This document shows, piece after piece, positions 54,331 through 64,000 of a stretch of 64,000 bases of DNA (positions within the stretch are counted from its first letter, which is position 1; each line of letters begins with the position of its first letter). The translations under genes and the position numbers were made by a program. The stretch is from an uncultured Gemmatimonadales bacterium (GTDB lineage: Bacteria > Gemmatimonadota > Gemmatimonadetes > Longimicrobiales > RSA9), in contig CAWCRS010000008.1 of the NCBI GenBank assembly GCA_963798085.1, positions 224,001-288,000 of the forward strand, written 5' to 3'. The notes below the pieces were generated by a model that was not told the DNA's origin, made no database searches, and worked only from the letters and a program-made list of their open reading frames with translations.

Positions 54331-57015
54331 CTACTGCTGCCCCAGGGTCCTCGCCGGATCCACCGCTGAGGCGCGCCGCGCCGGCACATAACACGCTGTC
54401 AGGATGGTCACGGCCAGCACAGCCGTGGCCAGCAGCAGGGTGGCGGGATCCGTGGTGGACACGCCGAAGAGGACGGAGCGCAGCGAGCGCGTGGCGGCCA
54501 CGCCGGCCAGCAGGCCGGCGCCAATGCCAATGGCGGCCACCAGCCCGCCCTGGCGCATGACCAGCATCACGATGTCCCGGCGTGTCGCGCCTACCGCCAT
54601 GCGCGTGCCGATCTCGCGTGTGCGCTGCCGCACCACGTACGACATGACGCCGTAAATGCCTACGGCCGCCAGCGCCAGCGCGCACAGCGCGAAGACGCCC
54701 AGCAGCCAGAGCAGCAGCTGCGTGACGCGGATGGACTGGCTGGCGATGTCACCGAGCGACTGCACGTTGAGAAATGACGTGTTGGGTTCGAGTGAACGCA
54801 TGCTGGCCCGCAACGCGCCGGCCGCACGCCCCGGGTCGCCGGCTGTCTTCACAAACAGGGTGATCTGGTTGCTGGGCGAGCGCTCGAACGGCATGTACAG
54901 ATCCGCGCGCGGCTGATCGTCCAGACCGGCACGGCGGATATTGCCGACCACACCCACGATCTCTGCGTTCTGCTGCCCCATCTTCAACTGCCGGCCGATC
55001 GCGCTCTCGCCCGGAAAGAAGCGCTTCTCAATGGCCTCGCTGACGATGACCACCGGCTTGCCGTCCGGAATATCGTGCTCATCGAACAGCCGGCCCGACA
55101 GCAATGGAATGCCCAGCGTCCGGAAGAAACCGCCGGACGCGACCTGCCAGCCTACGTCGGGCGGCCGCTGGCCTTGCGCTACGGGCTGGTCGGCACGCTC
55201 GAACGGAGCCGTCCAGTTGTTGCCCGTGAGCGGCACGACGACCGCCGCGCCCATCTCCTGCACGGCCGGCGTCGCGCGCAGCTGCTCGAACGCGCGCGAC
55301 CAGAACGCGGACAGCGCCTGCGGGCTCCTGTAGCGATCGCCCGGCAGCTGCACGGTGAGCGTCAGCACGTCGTCGTAATGAAAACCCGGATCCACCGAGA
55401 GCAGACCGGCAAAGCTGCGCAGGATCAGCCCCGCACCCAGCAGCAGCACCACGGCGAGCGCGACTTCGGCGACGACGAGCCCGCCCAATGCGCGTCGCGC
55501 CAGCCGGCTCATGGTCGCGCGGCCCGCGGACGCGAGTGTGTCGGCGGCGGACTCCAGCCGCAGTGTCATGGTCGCGACTGCACCGAAGAACAGCGCCGTC
55601 ACCACCGCCATGGCGAGCGCGAACGAGAGCACCGCGCCGTTCATGCGCACATCATGCAACCCCGGCACCTGCACGGACGCGGGCATCAGTGCGACCAGTG
55701 TGCGCACGCCCCAGTGAGCGGCGATGATGCCGGCTATGCTGGCGACAACGGCCAGCGCAAAGCTCTCCGTTAGCAGCAGCGCGGCAAGACGGGCCCGGCC
55801 GGCTCCCAGTACCATGCGCACAGCCAGCTCACGCCGCCGGCCCAGTGAACGCGCCAGCTGCAGGTTGGCCACGTTGGCGCAGGCGATCAGAAGCACCACG
55901 CCCACGGCCGCGAGCAGCAGCATGAGCGCGGTACGCGTGCTGCCCACCAGCGAATCGCGCAGCGAATCCGCGTAGTACGTCGATCCCTCGTTCTGGTCCG
56001 GATGCTCCTGCTCGAGCTGCTTCGCAATGGCGCCCAGCGCGCTCGTGGCGGAGGCCGCCGTCTGTCCCGGACGCAGCCGCGCCAGGGCCAGCGTCCAGTC
56101 GGCGGCACGCGCGGCGGGCGCCTGCAGCGGCAGACTCATGGGTGCGATGACATCGGTGTTCGCAGTGGGTGGAAAACTGAAGCCGGCCGGCGCAACCCCC
56201 ACGATCGTCGCCTGCTGCCGCCCGATCTTCACACTGCGTCCGATGACTGCGGGATCGCCCCCGAAACGATCCTGCCAGAGCTTATAACCGATCATTATCA
56301 CGGCCGCCGCACTGTCCCGCGAATCCGCGGCGTTGAGCCCCCGTCCGGCCACCGCACGCACCTGCAGCACCTCGAGCAGACCCGGCCCTGCCAGCAGCGC
56401 CGGGACCCGGTACGGTCCGTCGGGACCGTAGATCGTCGCCTGCACATTGCTGTACGCCGCCATCGACGCGAACACCTTCTGCCGCTCCGCCATGTCGACA
56501 TAATCCCCCAGCGCGATGAACGGCTTGGTGAAGCCCGTCCGCTGATCACGGTGGTTCAGGATCACCAGCCGATCGGCACCCGCGTAGGGCAGCGGCCGCA
56601 GCAGCACCGCATCCACGACCGCAAACACCGCGACGTTCGCACCCACGCCCAGTGCCAGTGTGAGCGCTGCCGCGATCGTGAACGCGGGCTCGCGCAGCAG
56701 CCGGGTGAACGCATGGCGCAGCTGGTAGAAGAACATGTCGATTCGCTCCGCAGGGCGTCTGCCTCGCGCGCCGGCTGGCAGTCGCACCCGCGACAGCCAC
56801 TCGACGACGATGAGCCGCCAGCAATCCAGGAAGAGAAGCAGAAGTCGCGTGTGCAACAGCAGCGCGCGGAACACACGCGTCGGGCGGGATCCCGTGTTCG
56901 CGCTCGCGACAGGCTGCGCGATCCGCAAATGCTGCGAAGCCGGTACCCACACCTCGTCGTGCATCCGCCGCGGCAACAGGCGCAGCCGACAATGTTCCGT
57001 CATGTCCTCAGGCAT
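54331..57015 (-). CDS. Orphan ABC transporter permease (ADOP-like)
   Basis: TLALGVGANVAVF, IACANVANL, EVALAVVLLLGA, RTREIGTRMAVGA and PARRASAVDP. The start overlaps the PadR stop. Confidence 0.92.
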   Translation of the reverse strand: MPEDMTEHCRLRLLPRRMHDEVWVPASQHLRIAQPVASANTGSRPTRVFRALLLHTRLLLLFLDCWRLIVVEWLSRVRLPAGARGRRPAERIDMFFYQLRHAFTRLLREPAFTIAAALTLALGVGANVAVFAVVDAVLLRPLPYAGADRLVILNHRDQRTGFTKPFIALGDYVDMAERQKVFASMAAYSNVQATIYGPDGPYRVPALLAGPGLLEVLQVRAVAGRGLNAADSRDSAAAVIMIGYKLWQDRFGGDPAVIGRSVKIGRQQATIVGVAPAGFSFPPTANTDVIAPMSLPLQAPAARAADWTLALARLRPGQTAASATSALGAIAKQLEQEHPDQNEGSTYYADSLRDSLVGSTRTALMLLLAAVGVVLLIACANVANLQLARSLGRRRELAVRMVLGAGRARLAALLLTESFALAVVASIAGIIAAHWGVRTLVALMPASVQVPGLHDVRMNGAVLSFALAMAVVTALFFGAVATMTLRLESAADTLASAGRATMSRLARRALGGLVVAEVALAVVLLLGAGLILRSFAGLLSVDPGFHYDDVLTLTVQLPGDRYRSPQALSAFWSRAFEQLRATPAVQEMGAAVVVPLTGNNWTAPFERADQPVAQGQRPPDVGWQVASGGFFRTLGIPLLSGRLFDEHDIPDGKPVVIVSEAIEKRFFPGESAIGRQLKMGQQNAEIVGVVGNIRRAGLDDQPRADLYMPFERSPSNQITLFVKTAGDPGRAAGALRASMRSLEPNTSFLNVQSLGDIASQSIRVTQLLLWLLGVFALCALALAAVGIYGVMSYVVRQRTREIGTRMAVGATRRDIVMLVMRQGGLVAAIGIGAGLLAGVAATRSLRSVLFGVSTTDPATLLLATAVLAVTILTACYVPARRASAVDPARTLGQQ

Positions 57016-57331
57016 TGGATGGGCGAGGCCGCGTGGCCAGCCGGTTGACGGCGTCGTAGAAGCCGTGCGTCTGCGTCCACGTCTTGCGCCCCGCCGCCGT
57101 GATGCGATAACGACGCTCACGCAGGCTGCGGTCGCCCGTATCCACCTGCTCGTACCAGCCTTCCACCAGGCCGTCTCGCTCCAGCCTCGCCATCAGCTGG
57201 TAGAATGCCGCCAGCGTGTGCCGCCCGCCGAAACGCCGGACCTGCTCGCGTATCGAGCGGCCCGGCTGCTCCGCCGCCATCAGCACGCCCAGCGCCAGGT
57301 ACTGCAGGTGCGAGATTGCGGGGAATTCCAT
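57008..57331 (-). CDS. PadR-family transcriptional regulator
   Basis: FYQLMARLERDGLVEG..RRYRITAAG. Coupled to the downstream permease. Confidence 0.85.
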   Translation of the reverse strand: MEFPAISHLQYLALGVLMAAEQPGRSIREQVRRFGGRHTLAAFYQLMARLERDGLVEGWYEQVDTGDRSLRERRYRITAAGRKTWTQTHGFYDAVNRLATRPRPSNA

Positions 57332-57737
57332 TTCATCGCCTCTTCATCGCCTCGACGATCCAAGGTCGCATTATATCGTGTTGGATACCCGCAAACCGAG
57401 GAGGGTTGCGTGGGATTCGCCACGCCACCCGCTCTCCCCCATCCGTGTCGGCTGCGTGCGCATTGGTCTCACGCGGAGCGCGGAGCTGCGAAAGAGCCCG
57501 TCCCCGCGGATCTCAGACTGCTGGCCGGGGCGCACTCGGCGCACGGAAGCGCGAGGCGGACGCCTCTGCGGCTCCGCGCGAGACGGTATTCGGCCTGGCC
57601 CTCACGCGAGCGATCGAGCCCGCCATCGCTTGAATCCCCCGCCGTTCTCGTCTATCCTGCAGAAACCTCCTGTCGGCTCGCCGCCAACGGCCAGCCCGGG
57701 CAGCCCAGGCATTCACCCCTCCAACACCCGACGAGCC

Positions 57738-59174
57738 ATGAAGTACTCCTTGCGGCAGTCCGGCTTCTTCGTCGTCCTGGCGACCCCACTGGCCGCGCTG
57801 CCGTTGTCGGCGCAGCGCGGCGGTACGCCGAACGTCATTACCATCCCGTTCGAGCGTGTGACGCTGCCCAACGGCCTGAACGTGCTGCTGGCGCCGGATC
57901 ACGCGACGCCGCAGGTCGCGGTCAATGTGTGGTATCACGTGGGATCGAAGAACGAGCAGCCGGGGCACACCGGCTTCGCGCACATGTTCGAGCACGTCAT
58001 GTTCACCGGCTCCGGTCACGTGCCGTATGGCATGCACGACCGGCTCACGGAGGGCGTGGGCGGCAACAACAACGGCTCGACGAGCAACGATCGCACGAAC
58101 TACTACGAGAACGTGCCCTCGAACTACTTCGAGGACGCACTCTGGCTGGAATCGGATCGCATGGGTTTCCTGCTGGACAAGCTCAATGAGGCGAAGTTCG
58201 TGGCGCAGCGGGACATCGTGCAGAATGAACGGCGTCAGGGTGTGGACAACCAGCCGTACGGCCGCGCTGGTGAAATCATGGACGCGGCCGAGTACCCGGC
58301 GTCGAATCCGTACTCATGGCCCATTGTCGGATACATGGCGGATCTGCAGCAGGCGACTGTCGACGACGTGAAGAACTTCTTCCGCCTCTACTACGCTCCG
58401 TCGAACGCCATCCTCGCCATTGTCGGCGACTTCGATCCGGCACAGGCGAAGGCGTGGGTAACAAAGTATTTCGGAGACCTGAAGAAGGGTGCGCCCATCA
58501 CGCGGCCGCAGGTGACGGCCCCGGCGCTGGCGGGCGAGAAGCGACTCGTATTCGAGGACCACGTGCAGGTGCCCCGCCTCTATCTGCGCTGGCCCACGGT
58601 CGGCGAGGGCAATGCGGATTCCAACGTGCTCAATGTGCTGGGTGACATTCTGTCCGGTTCGCGCACGGCGAGGCTGACGAAGGCGCTGGTATACGACAGC
58701 CAGTCGGCGGCCAACGTGCAGGCGGGCAACGGGTCGAACGAGAATGCCGGCGATTTCCATGTCGTCATCACGCCACGCCCGGGCCATACGCTGAGCGAGC
58801 TGGAGGCTGCGGCCGATTCGGTGATCGGCAGGCTGGAGCGCGACGGACCCACGGCGGACGAGATGGCGAGGAGTCAGGCGGGTCTCGAGTTCGGCTTCGT
58901 CGCCGCACTCGAGTCGAACCTGGGCAAGGCCGAGATCCTCAACTCTGGCCTCGCCTTTCACGGTGATCCCGCGTACTACCAGAAGCAGTACGCGGCCCTC
59001 AAGGCGGTCACGGCCGCCAATGTGAAACGCGTGGCCAACAGGTATCTGGGCAGCGGTCGCGTGGTGTTGAGCGTCGTGCCGCTGGGCAAGACGGAGCTGG
59101 CAGCGAATCCCGCATCGAGTCGGAAGGTTACCGTGTCCCCCGATGGCGGCCACTACATCATGGAGTCACGCTGA
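57738..59174 (+). CDS. M16 (pitrilysin/insulinase) zinc peptidase, catalytic subunit, secreted
   Basis: TLPNGL, WYHVGS, TGFAHMFEH (HxxEH), NGST..RTNY, LESDRM and NERR. Signal peptide. Confidence 0.95.
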   Translation: MKYSLRQSGFFVVLATPLAALPLSAQRGGTPNVITIPFERVTLPNGLNVLLAPDHATPQVAVNVWYHVGSKNEQPGHTGFAHMFEHVMFTGSGHVPYGMHDRLTEGVGGNNNGSTSNDRTNYYENVPSNYFEDALWLESDRMGFLLDKLNEAKFVAQRDIVQNERRQGVDNQPYGRAGEIMDAAEYPASNPYSWPIVGYMADLQQATVDDVKNFFRLYYAPSNAILAIVGDFDPAQAKAWVTKYFGDLKKGAPITRPQVTAPALAGEKRLVFEDHVQVPRLYLRWPTVGEGNADSNVLNVLGDILSGSRTARLTKALVYDSQSAANVQAGNGSNENAGDFHVVITPRPGHTLSELEAAADSVIGRLERDGPTADEMARSQAGLEFGFVAALESNLGKAEILNSGLAFHGDPAYYQKQYAALKAVTAANVKRVANRYLGSGRVVLSVVPLGKTELAANPASSRKVTVSPDGGHYIMESR

Positions 59175-60658
59175 TGCGTACGCAGAGAGAGAATCAGCCG
59201 GCCGCCGCCCGGCGGGGCGCGCAGCCCAGCACGGTGCTGCCGCTCGCACTGCTGCTCACGCTCGTGGCGTCGCCGCTGGCGGCGCAGCTGGACCGCGACA
59301 AGGTGCCACCCGCGGGTCCGTCGCCCACGCTGCACGTGCCCGGATGGACGAGCACGAAGCTGGCGAATGGCGCGCAGCTGGTGGTGACGCCGAAACGTGA
59401 TCTTCCGCTGGTCGCGTTCAGCATCAGTTTCATTGGCGGCGCCGACAACTACGAGCCTGCCGACAAGGCAGGAGTCGCGTCTTTCACGGCGCAGATGCTG
59501 AGCGAAGGCACGGCCACGCACAGTGCGGACGACCTGTCCAACGCGCAGCAGCTGCTGGGCACGGCGATCTTCGCGTCCATTGGTGACGAGGCCGGGTCGA
59601 TGCGCTTTACATCGCTGCGCGACAAGTTCGAGCCCGCGCTCACACTGCTCGCGGACATGATGCTGCATCCCACATTCCCGGACGAAGCGCTGCAGCGCAT
59701 TCGCGCGCGCGCACTCGTCTCACTCCGGCAGTCGCGCGATCAGCCCAACGCCATCGCGTCCAATGTTTTCGACCGCGTGCTCTATGGCCAGGGGCACCCG
59801 TACGGGCGGGTGGTGAGCGAAGCCACACTCGACGCCATCACGCGCGCTGACATTGTGGCCTTCCACAAGACGTACTTCCGACCCGGCCGCGCGGTCATCA
59901 CGGTCACGGGTGATGTGGACCCGGCTGCGGTGCGCGCGCAGGTGGAGAAGGCGCTGGCCGCATGGCCGGCCGGTGGCGAGCGGCCGCCGTTCGACTATCC
60001 CGCCGTACCCCCGCCCCGCAGCACGGCGATCTATCTGGTGGACAAGCCCGGTGCTGCGCAGTCGGTCTTCGCCATTGGTCTGCCCGGGCCGCCCCGCAAC
60101 ACGCCGGACTACTACGCCATCACGGTCATGAACCACCTGTTAGGCGGACTCTTCCAGTCCCGCCTCAATCATGACATCCGTGAAGTGAAGGGGTACAGCT
60201 ACGGCGTCAATTCACGCTTCTCCTTCGGCAGGGGACCCGGCGCGTTCCGCGCCGGCGGCGGCATCGTCACCGCCAAGACGGACAGCGCGCTGATCGAATT
60301 CATGCTTCACCTGAAAGGCGTGCAGGGCGGGATTCCGTTCACCGAAGACGAGGTCAGGCAGGGAAAGGAATCCCTCATCCAGTCGCTGCCTCGCCGGTTC
60401 GCTTCCGTGAATGGCATTTCCGCATCGGTGGGCGACATCTACACCGAAGACCTGGCGCAGAACTACTATCAGGACTACGCCGCGAAGATCAACGCTGTGA
60501 CGGCTGCCGATCTGGTGCGCGTCGCGAAGAAGTACATCGACCTCGATCACCTCGACATCGTGATTGTGGGTGACCGGTCGAAGATCGAGGCGCCTCTGCG
60601 CGCCACCGGCATCGCTCCGATCAAGCTGCTCGACATCGACGCGAAACCGGTGACGTGA
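59174..60658 (+). CDS. M16 peptidase, non-catalytic partner subunit
   Basis: No HxxEH. LANGAQL, MLSEGT, SRLNHDIREVKGYSYG (R/Y pair); TGATG coupling. Confidence 0.92.
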   Translation: MRTQRENQPAAARRGAQPSTVLPLALLLTLVASPLAAQLDRDKVPPAGPSPTLHVPGWTSTKLANGAQLVVTPKRDLPLVAFSISFIGGADNYEPADKAGVASFTAQMLSEGTATHSADDLSNAQQLLGTAIFASIGDEAGSMRFTSLRDKFEPALTLLADMMLHPTFPDEALQRIRARALVSLRQSRDQPNAIASNVFDRVLYGQGHPYGRVVSEATLDAITRADIVAFHKTYFRPGRAVITVTGDVDPAAVRAQVEKALAAWPAGGERPPFDYPAVPPPRSTAIYLVDKPGAAQSVFAIGLPGPPRNTPDYYAITVMNHLLGGLFQSRLNHDIREVKGYSYGVNSRFSFGRGPGAFRAGGGIVTAKTDSALIEFMLHLKGVQGGIPFTEDEVRQGKESLIQSLPRRFASVNGISASVGDIYTEDLAQNYYQDYAAKINAVTAADLVRVAKKYIDLDHLDIVIVGDRSKIEAPLRATGIAPIKLLDIDAKPVT

Positions 60659-60694
60659 GTTCCGTGGCGACCGGGTCACCGTCCGGAACTGCAG

Positions 60695-62404
60695 TCATGT
60701 CTGCCGTGTCCGCTTCGTGCGCCAGCGCCACGCCAGATACACCGCGGCCAGTACTGCCAGCACCATGAGCGGTCCTGTCAGGATCATGAACCTCGTGCGC
60801 ATGAGGACCTCGTGGTCGTGCCGGATGCGCTGCGCCTCCGAACGTATGCCGGCCAGCTCGCCGAGCGCGTCCGCGTATCCGTACCACCAGGCATAGTCGG
60901 GCGCCATGTGGAATGCGCCCTTGTAGCTCTTGAGTGCGGAAAAGAAGAACAGGTTGAAATAGTCGCGTTCGATGGGGGAGACGTCGTAGTACAGGCTCGT
61001 GGGTGAATGCTGCGCGACGCCGCCCGGCAGTTCAATGGCGGAGAAATGGGGACCGGGGAGCAGGCCGGCAGAACGCGCTTCCTGGCTCGGGTCGAGCAGG
61101 TGATCGTCGTACAGCCCCTTGAGTATGCCCTGCGCCTGCACGACCAGGGCGTCGCCCGCCAGCTTGTGCGCATCGGCCGAAGACAGATACTCGCTCGCCT
61201 TGTCCTCCGAGTGACAAATGACACAGGTGCGAATCATGGCAGTGCGCTTCGCCACGTTCTCCGGCTGCACCGTAATGTCCTGCAGCTGACCGGTTGCAGC
61301 CTGGACGCCCATTCCCCAGATGATCTTGTCGGTCATGTTGTGGGTGACGCTGCGGGAGCCGTCGGGCGCGACATGAAGCATGTGACAGTAGGCGCAGGTT
61401 GGTGCATTGTAGGCCGCCTGCGCCATGGACACGGTCCAGTCCCACTGCTGGCCGCGCGCGGCATAGATGGAGCCGTGCTTCGACTCCATGTAGGCCTCGA
61501 AGTTCGGATGGTCCGGTCCCATGTGGCAGGTGTGACAGGCTTCGGGCTTGCGAGCCTCCTCCAGGTTGAAGGAATGGCGCGTGTGACACGCGATGCAGCC
61601 GTTGCGGTAGGGCAGGCTGCTCGTGTCGATGTATTTCTGAAGGCTGTCGCTCCAGTACTTCGCGTCGGTCGCGCCGGCCTGGGCGTGACAGGCGTCGCAG
61701 CCCATTTCCATGACCTTGCGCGGCATCTGCTTGTAATGCGGCACATCAATGTTGCGCGACCAGTTGATCCCCAGGTCACCGGGGCCAGGACCGTAGGAGT
61801 GCCCCGCGTCCAGCACGTGCTCCTTGTAGATCTGCGCGTGGCATGCGCCACAGGTCTCTTCAGCGACGCGCCCGCGTGATGCCATGATCTTGTCGTGGTC
61901 CATGCCGTGGCAATCGGCGCAGCCGATCTGCGCCCGTGCATAGACGACGCGCGGGTTCTGCTTGCCGGCGTGCCCCATCGCGCTCGACTGGAATTGCGCC
62001 ACAATGATCGGGTTGTAGCGCTCGTGGCAGGAAATGCAGCTGGCCGGGTCCTGGATGCCGCTCGGCAGATCGGCGCGGAGACGCGGCGGCGGCGCCGCGA
62101 CTGTGCGCACGTACTCGAAGATGCTGCGGGCATCATCGTCGCTCACGACATCGGGCGGGAACTGCGGCATCAGATTGCGCGGATTGCGAAGCTGGCTCAG
62201 GAAGGCGTCGAATGGGAGGCCCGTCGCCGCCAGTGATGGTCCGACACCGCCCCGCGCACTCGCTCCATGACAGCCGAGACAACCCTTCAGGATGAAGAGG
62301 CGTTCGCCCTGCTGTGGGGCCGGACTGGCGGCGCCTTGCGCGCACGCCGCTCGAGGCAGAAGAAGCAGCAGCGGGAATGCGAGGAGGAAAGACCGTGGAT
62401 TCAT
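60695..62404 (-). CDS. Nine-heme cytochrome c: N-terminal class I monoheme domain + octaheme hydroxylamine-oxidoreductase-like domain, C-terminal membrane anchor
   Basis: CxxCH motifs: CLGCH, CISCH, CADCH, CGACH, CDACH, CIACH, CHTCH, CAYCH, CVICH. HAO-family motifs CHTRHSF, CHMGPDHP, ESKHG and GAFHMAPDY. Signal peptide and terminal TM helix. Confidence 0.88.
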   Translation of the reverse strand: MNPRSFLLAFPLLLLLPRAACAQGAASPAPQQGERLFILKGCLGCHGASARGGVGPSLAATGLPFDAFLSQLRNPRNLMPQFPPDVVSDDDARSIFEYVRTVAAPPPRLRADLPSGIQDPASCISCHERYNPIIVAQFQSSAMGHAGKQNPRVVYARAQIGCADCHGMDHDKIMASRGRVAEETCGACHAQIYKEHVLDAGHSYGPGPGDLGINWSRNIDVPHYKQMPRKVMEMGCDACHAQAGATDAKYWSDSLQKYIDTSSLPYRNGCIACHTRHSFNLEEARKPEACHTCHMGPDHPNFEAYMESKHGSIYAARGQQWDWTVSMAQAAYNAPTCAYCHMLHVAPDGSRSVTHNMTDKIIWGMGVQAATGQLQDITVQPENVAKRTAMIRTCVICHSEDKASEYLSSADAHKLAGDALVVQAQGILKGLYDDHLLDPSQEARSAGLLPGPHFSAIELPGGVAQHSPTSLYYDVSPIERDYFNLFFFSALKSYKGAFHMAPDYAWWYGYADALGELAGIRSEAQRIRHDHEVLMRTRFMILTGPLMVLAVLAAVYLAWRWRTKRTRQT

Positions 62405-62916
62405 CGTCGGCATCTCCTTTCCACTGCGCGGCCCGGGGGTGTGACACAACACAGTACATTTGCTCCGCCTGCCGTGCCAGCGCCGATCGCGGTCCCTGCG
62501 CCACGCACCCGCGGGCCGGGGGATTGCCGGGCGAGAGGAGCTTTGAAGCACTCCTCCGCCTGGACCCGCGGCGAGTCCGTGTCTGCGCGGTGGAAGCCGC
62601 CCCGTTCCAGTCCCCTCTCCCCACCCGTAAACCCTCCCCCTCCTCCGCCTCTGACTCCTGGCTGTCCGCACGCAGCGGCGTTACCACGGCCGATCAGTCT
62701 GCCCAGGTGGCTCCGACATGGGCGCCGTCGTGCAGCTGGCTTCCAATGTACCCATCTCGCCACCATCCCCGGCCCATTCCCCGGCGCAACTAACAACCTG
62801 TCAGAACCGGGAGACGGACAGGGACATGGAGACGGATCGGGGGAGGAGAAGGAGGAGGAGTGTGTACGGGAAGGGAGAGGGGCAGGGTCAATGCCTGCGC
62901 AGTTCCCCTGCCCCCA

Positions 62917-62958
62917 TCCCTCAACGGGTGCCCATGCCCGCGTCCGACCCCTGAACCT
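62917..62958. repeat. Intergenic dispersed repeat, copy 2
   Basis: TCCCTCAACGGGTGCCCATGCCCGCGTCCGACCCCTGAACCT, near-identical to 52677-52718. Confidence 0.8.
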
Positions 62959-63000
62959 CGCCCTTCCCCGCACCCCTTCCCCCGCAGTCCAGGACCAGGG

Positions 63001-64000
63001 TCAGAGCGTCGGATGCCTCGTGTGCCAGTCGGTATTGATCTGATACTGGTGCGCCACAGAAAGGATGAGGTCGTCGTTGTACAGATTGCCGGCCAGCACG
63101 GCGCAGATGGGCTGCTGGTTGTAGACGGGCTCCGGCGTGGCAGTGGTGTCCGTGCCGCCTCGGCCCCGGCCGAAGCCGCGGCCCGCCGGCGGCGACTCGA
63201 ATTTGTACGGAACCACGGCGCACGGGATGGCCGGTCTGGGCGTGCAGGCCGATGTCGTACTGACCGCCGCCGGCGCCGCCCGGCACGTACATGTCCAGGT
63301 CCTTCAGCAGCTCGGCCATCTGGCTGATCAGGATGTAGCGCCGGCGTTGCTGCTGGATGAATTCGAAGGCGCGTGCAAACCGGCCGTTAGTCCAGCGCGT
63401 GAGGGCGGCCATGCCCGTGGGATTGCCCGGGTCGCCCGGCCGCGGCCGCCACCGAAATCGCCGCGCCCGCCGCCGCCGCGCCCCGTGCTGTCCGCGCCTG
63501 CGCCGCCACCGGCCGGCCACCACCCCCACCCCCGCCACCACCGCGCTGCGGCGGCTCGGGAATTGTCGCCAGGTCGATGCCCAGCTCCTTCGCCTTCCAC
63601 TCGACGTACGAGTCGAAAGCGGCTGGCGACTCCACGCCCAGCCCGCCGCCCTGCAGCGAAGGCCGTGCGCCGATGGTGGTGGGGTTCGCGCCCAGCTCGC
63701 GCAACTTGCCCACAACTCGGCCGGCGCGTTCTCGTCGACACCGATGCGCACGGCTGCGAGACTTGATGTTGCGGTCGAACTGGAATGGCGTCATGACCGT
63801 CGAGGGATCCTTCGGGATCGACGCCATGGATCGTGTTGAACGACCATGGCGCAGTCCTCGATGGTGCGGCAGATCGGCCCCACGCGGTCCTGCGACCAGG
63901 CCAGTACCATCCCGCCGTAGCGACTGACACGGCCGAACGTGGGACGCAGTGCGCTCAACCCGCACTCACGCGCGGGTGACACGATCGAGCCCGATGTCTC
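63001..64000 (-). CDS. Amidase-signature family protein (GatA-like), 5'-truncated by the window, with several apparent frameshifts
   Basis: ETSGSIVSPARECGLSALRPTFGRVSRYG..QDRVGPICR, then TGHP/CAVVP and GNLYNDDLILSVAHQYQ..WHTRHP in shifting frames. Confidence 0.85.

Noticed and set aside
1..64000. rRNA, tRNA, IS/transposase or integron features
   Set aside because: None recognised by eye. A covariance-model and IS search would be needed to exclude small or divergent elements.

Overview
High-GC bacterial DNA. The gene mix (orphan MacB/FtsX-duplicated ABC permeases paired with PadR genes, an M16 peptidase pair, Gly/Arg-rich inserts in enzymes) suggests a Gemmatimonadota/Acidobacteriota-like host; this is an inference. 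The flanks (1-15.0 kb and 47.4-64 kb) hold ordinary metabolic, transport and regulatory genes, plus a nine-heme HAO-like cytochrome. The centre (15344-47357, about 32 kb, all + strand, often translationally coupled) is a capsid-less contractile-tail locus (tailocin/eCIS-like). It encodes a putative terminator-lectin fusion, sheath, tube, tail chaperone, tube initiator, hub, spike, PAAR, gp25, baseplate J, a gpI-like wedge with a beta-propeller insert, and fibre-like proteins. I see no head, packaging, integrase, holin, AAA+ ATPase or T6SS membrane-complex genes. Its most unusual part is a 15 kb cassette between tail and baseplate genes: two paralogous ~1150-aa helical proteins and three paralogous ~820-aa proteins, each joining a conserved helical N-terminus, a multi-pass hydrophobic region and a C-terminal M23 metallopeptidase. 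Seven single-base insertions, plus several in the terminal amidase, split otherwise intact genes. Nearly all lie at or next to GATG/CATC, so they are probably systematic sequencing errors. All calls come from reading motifs by eye; no database searches were run.
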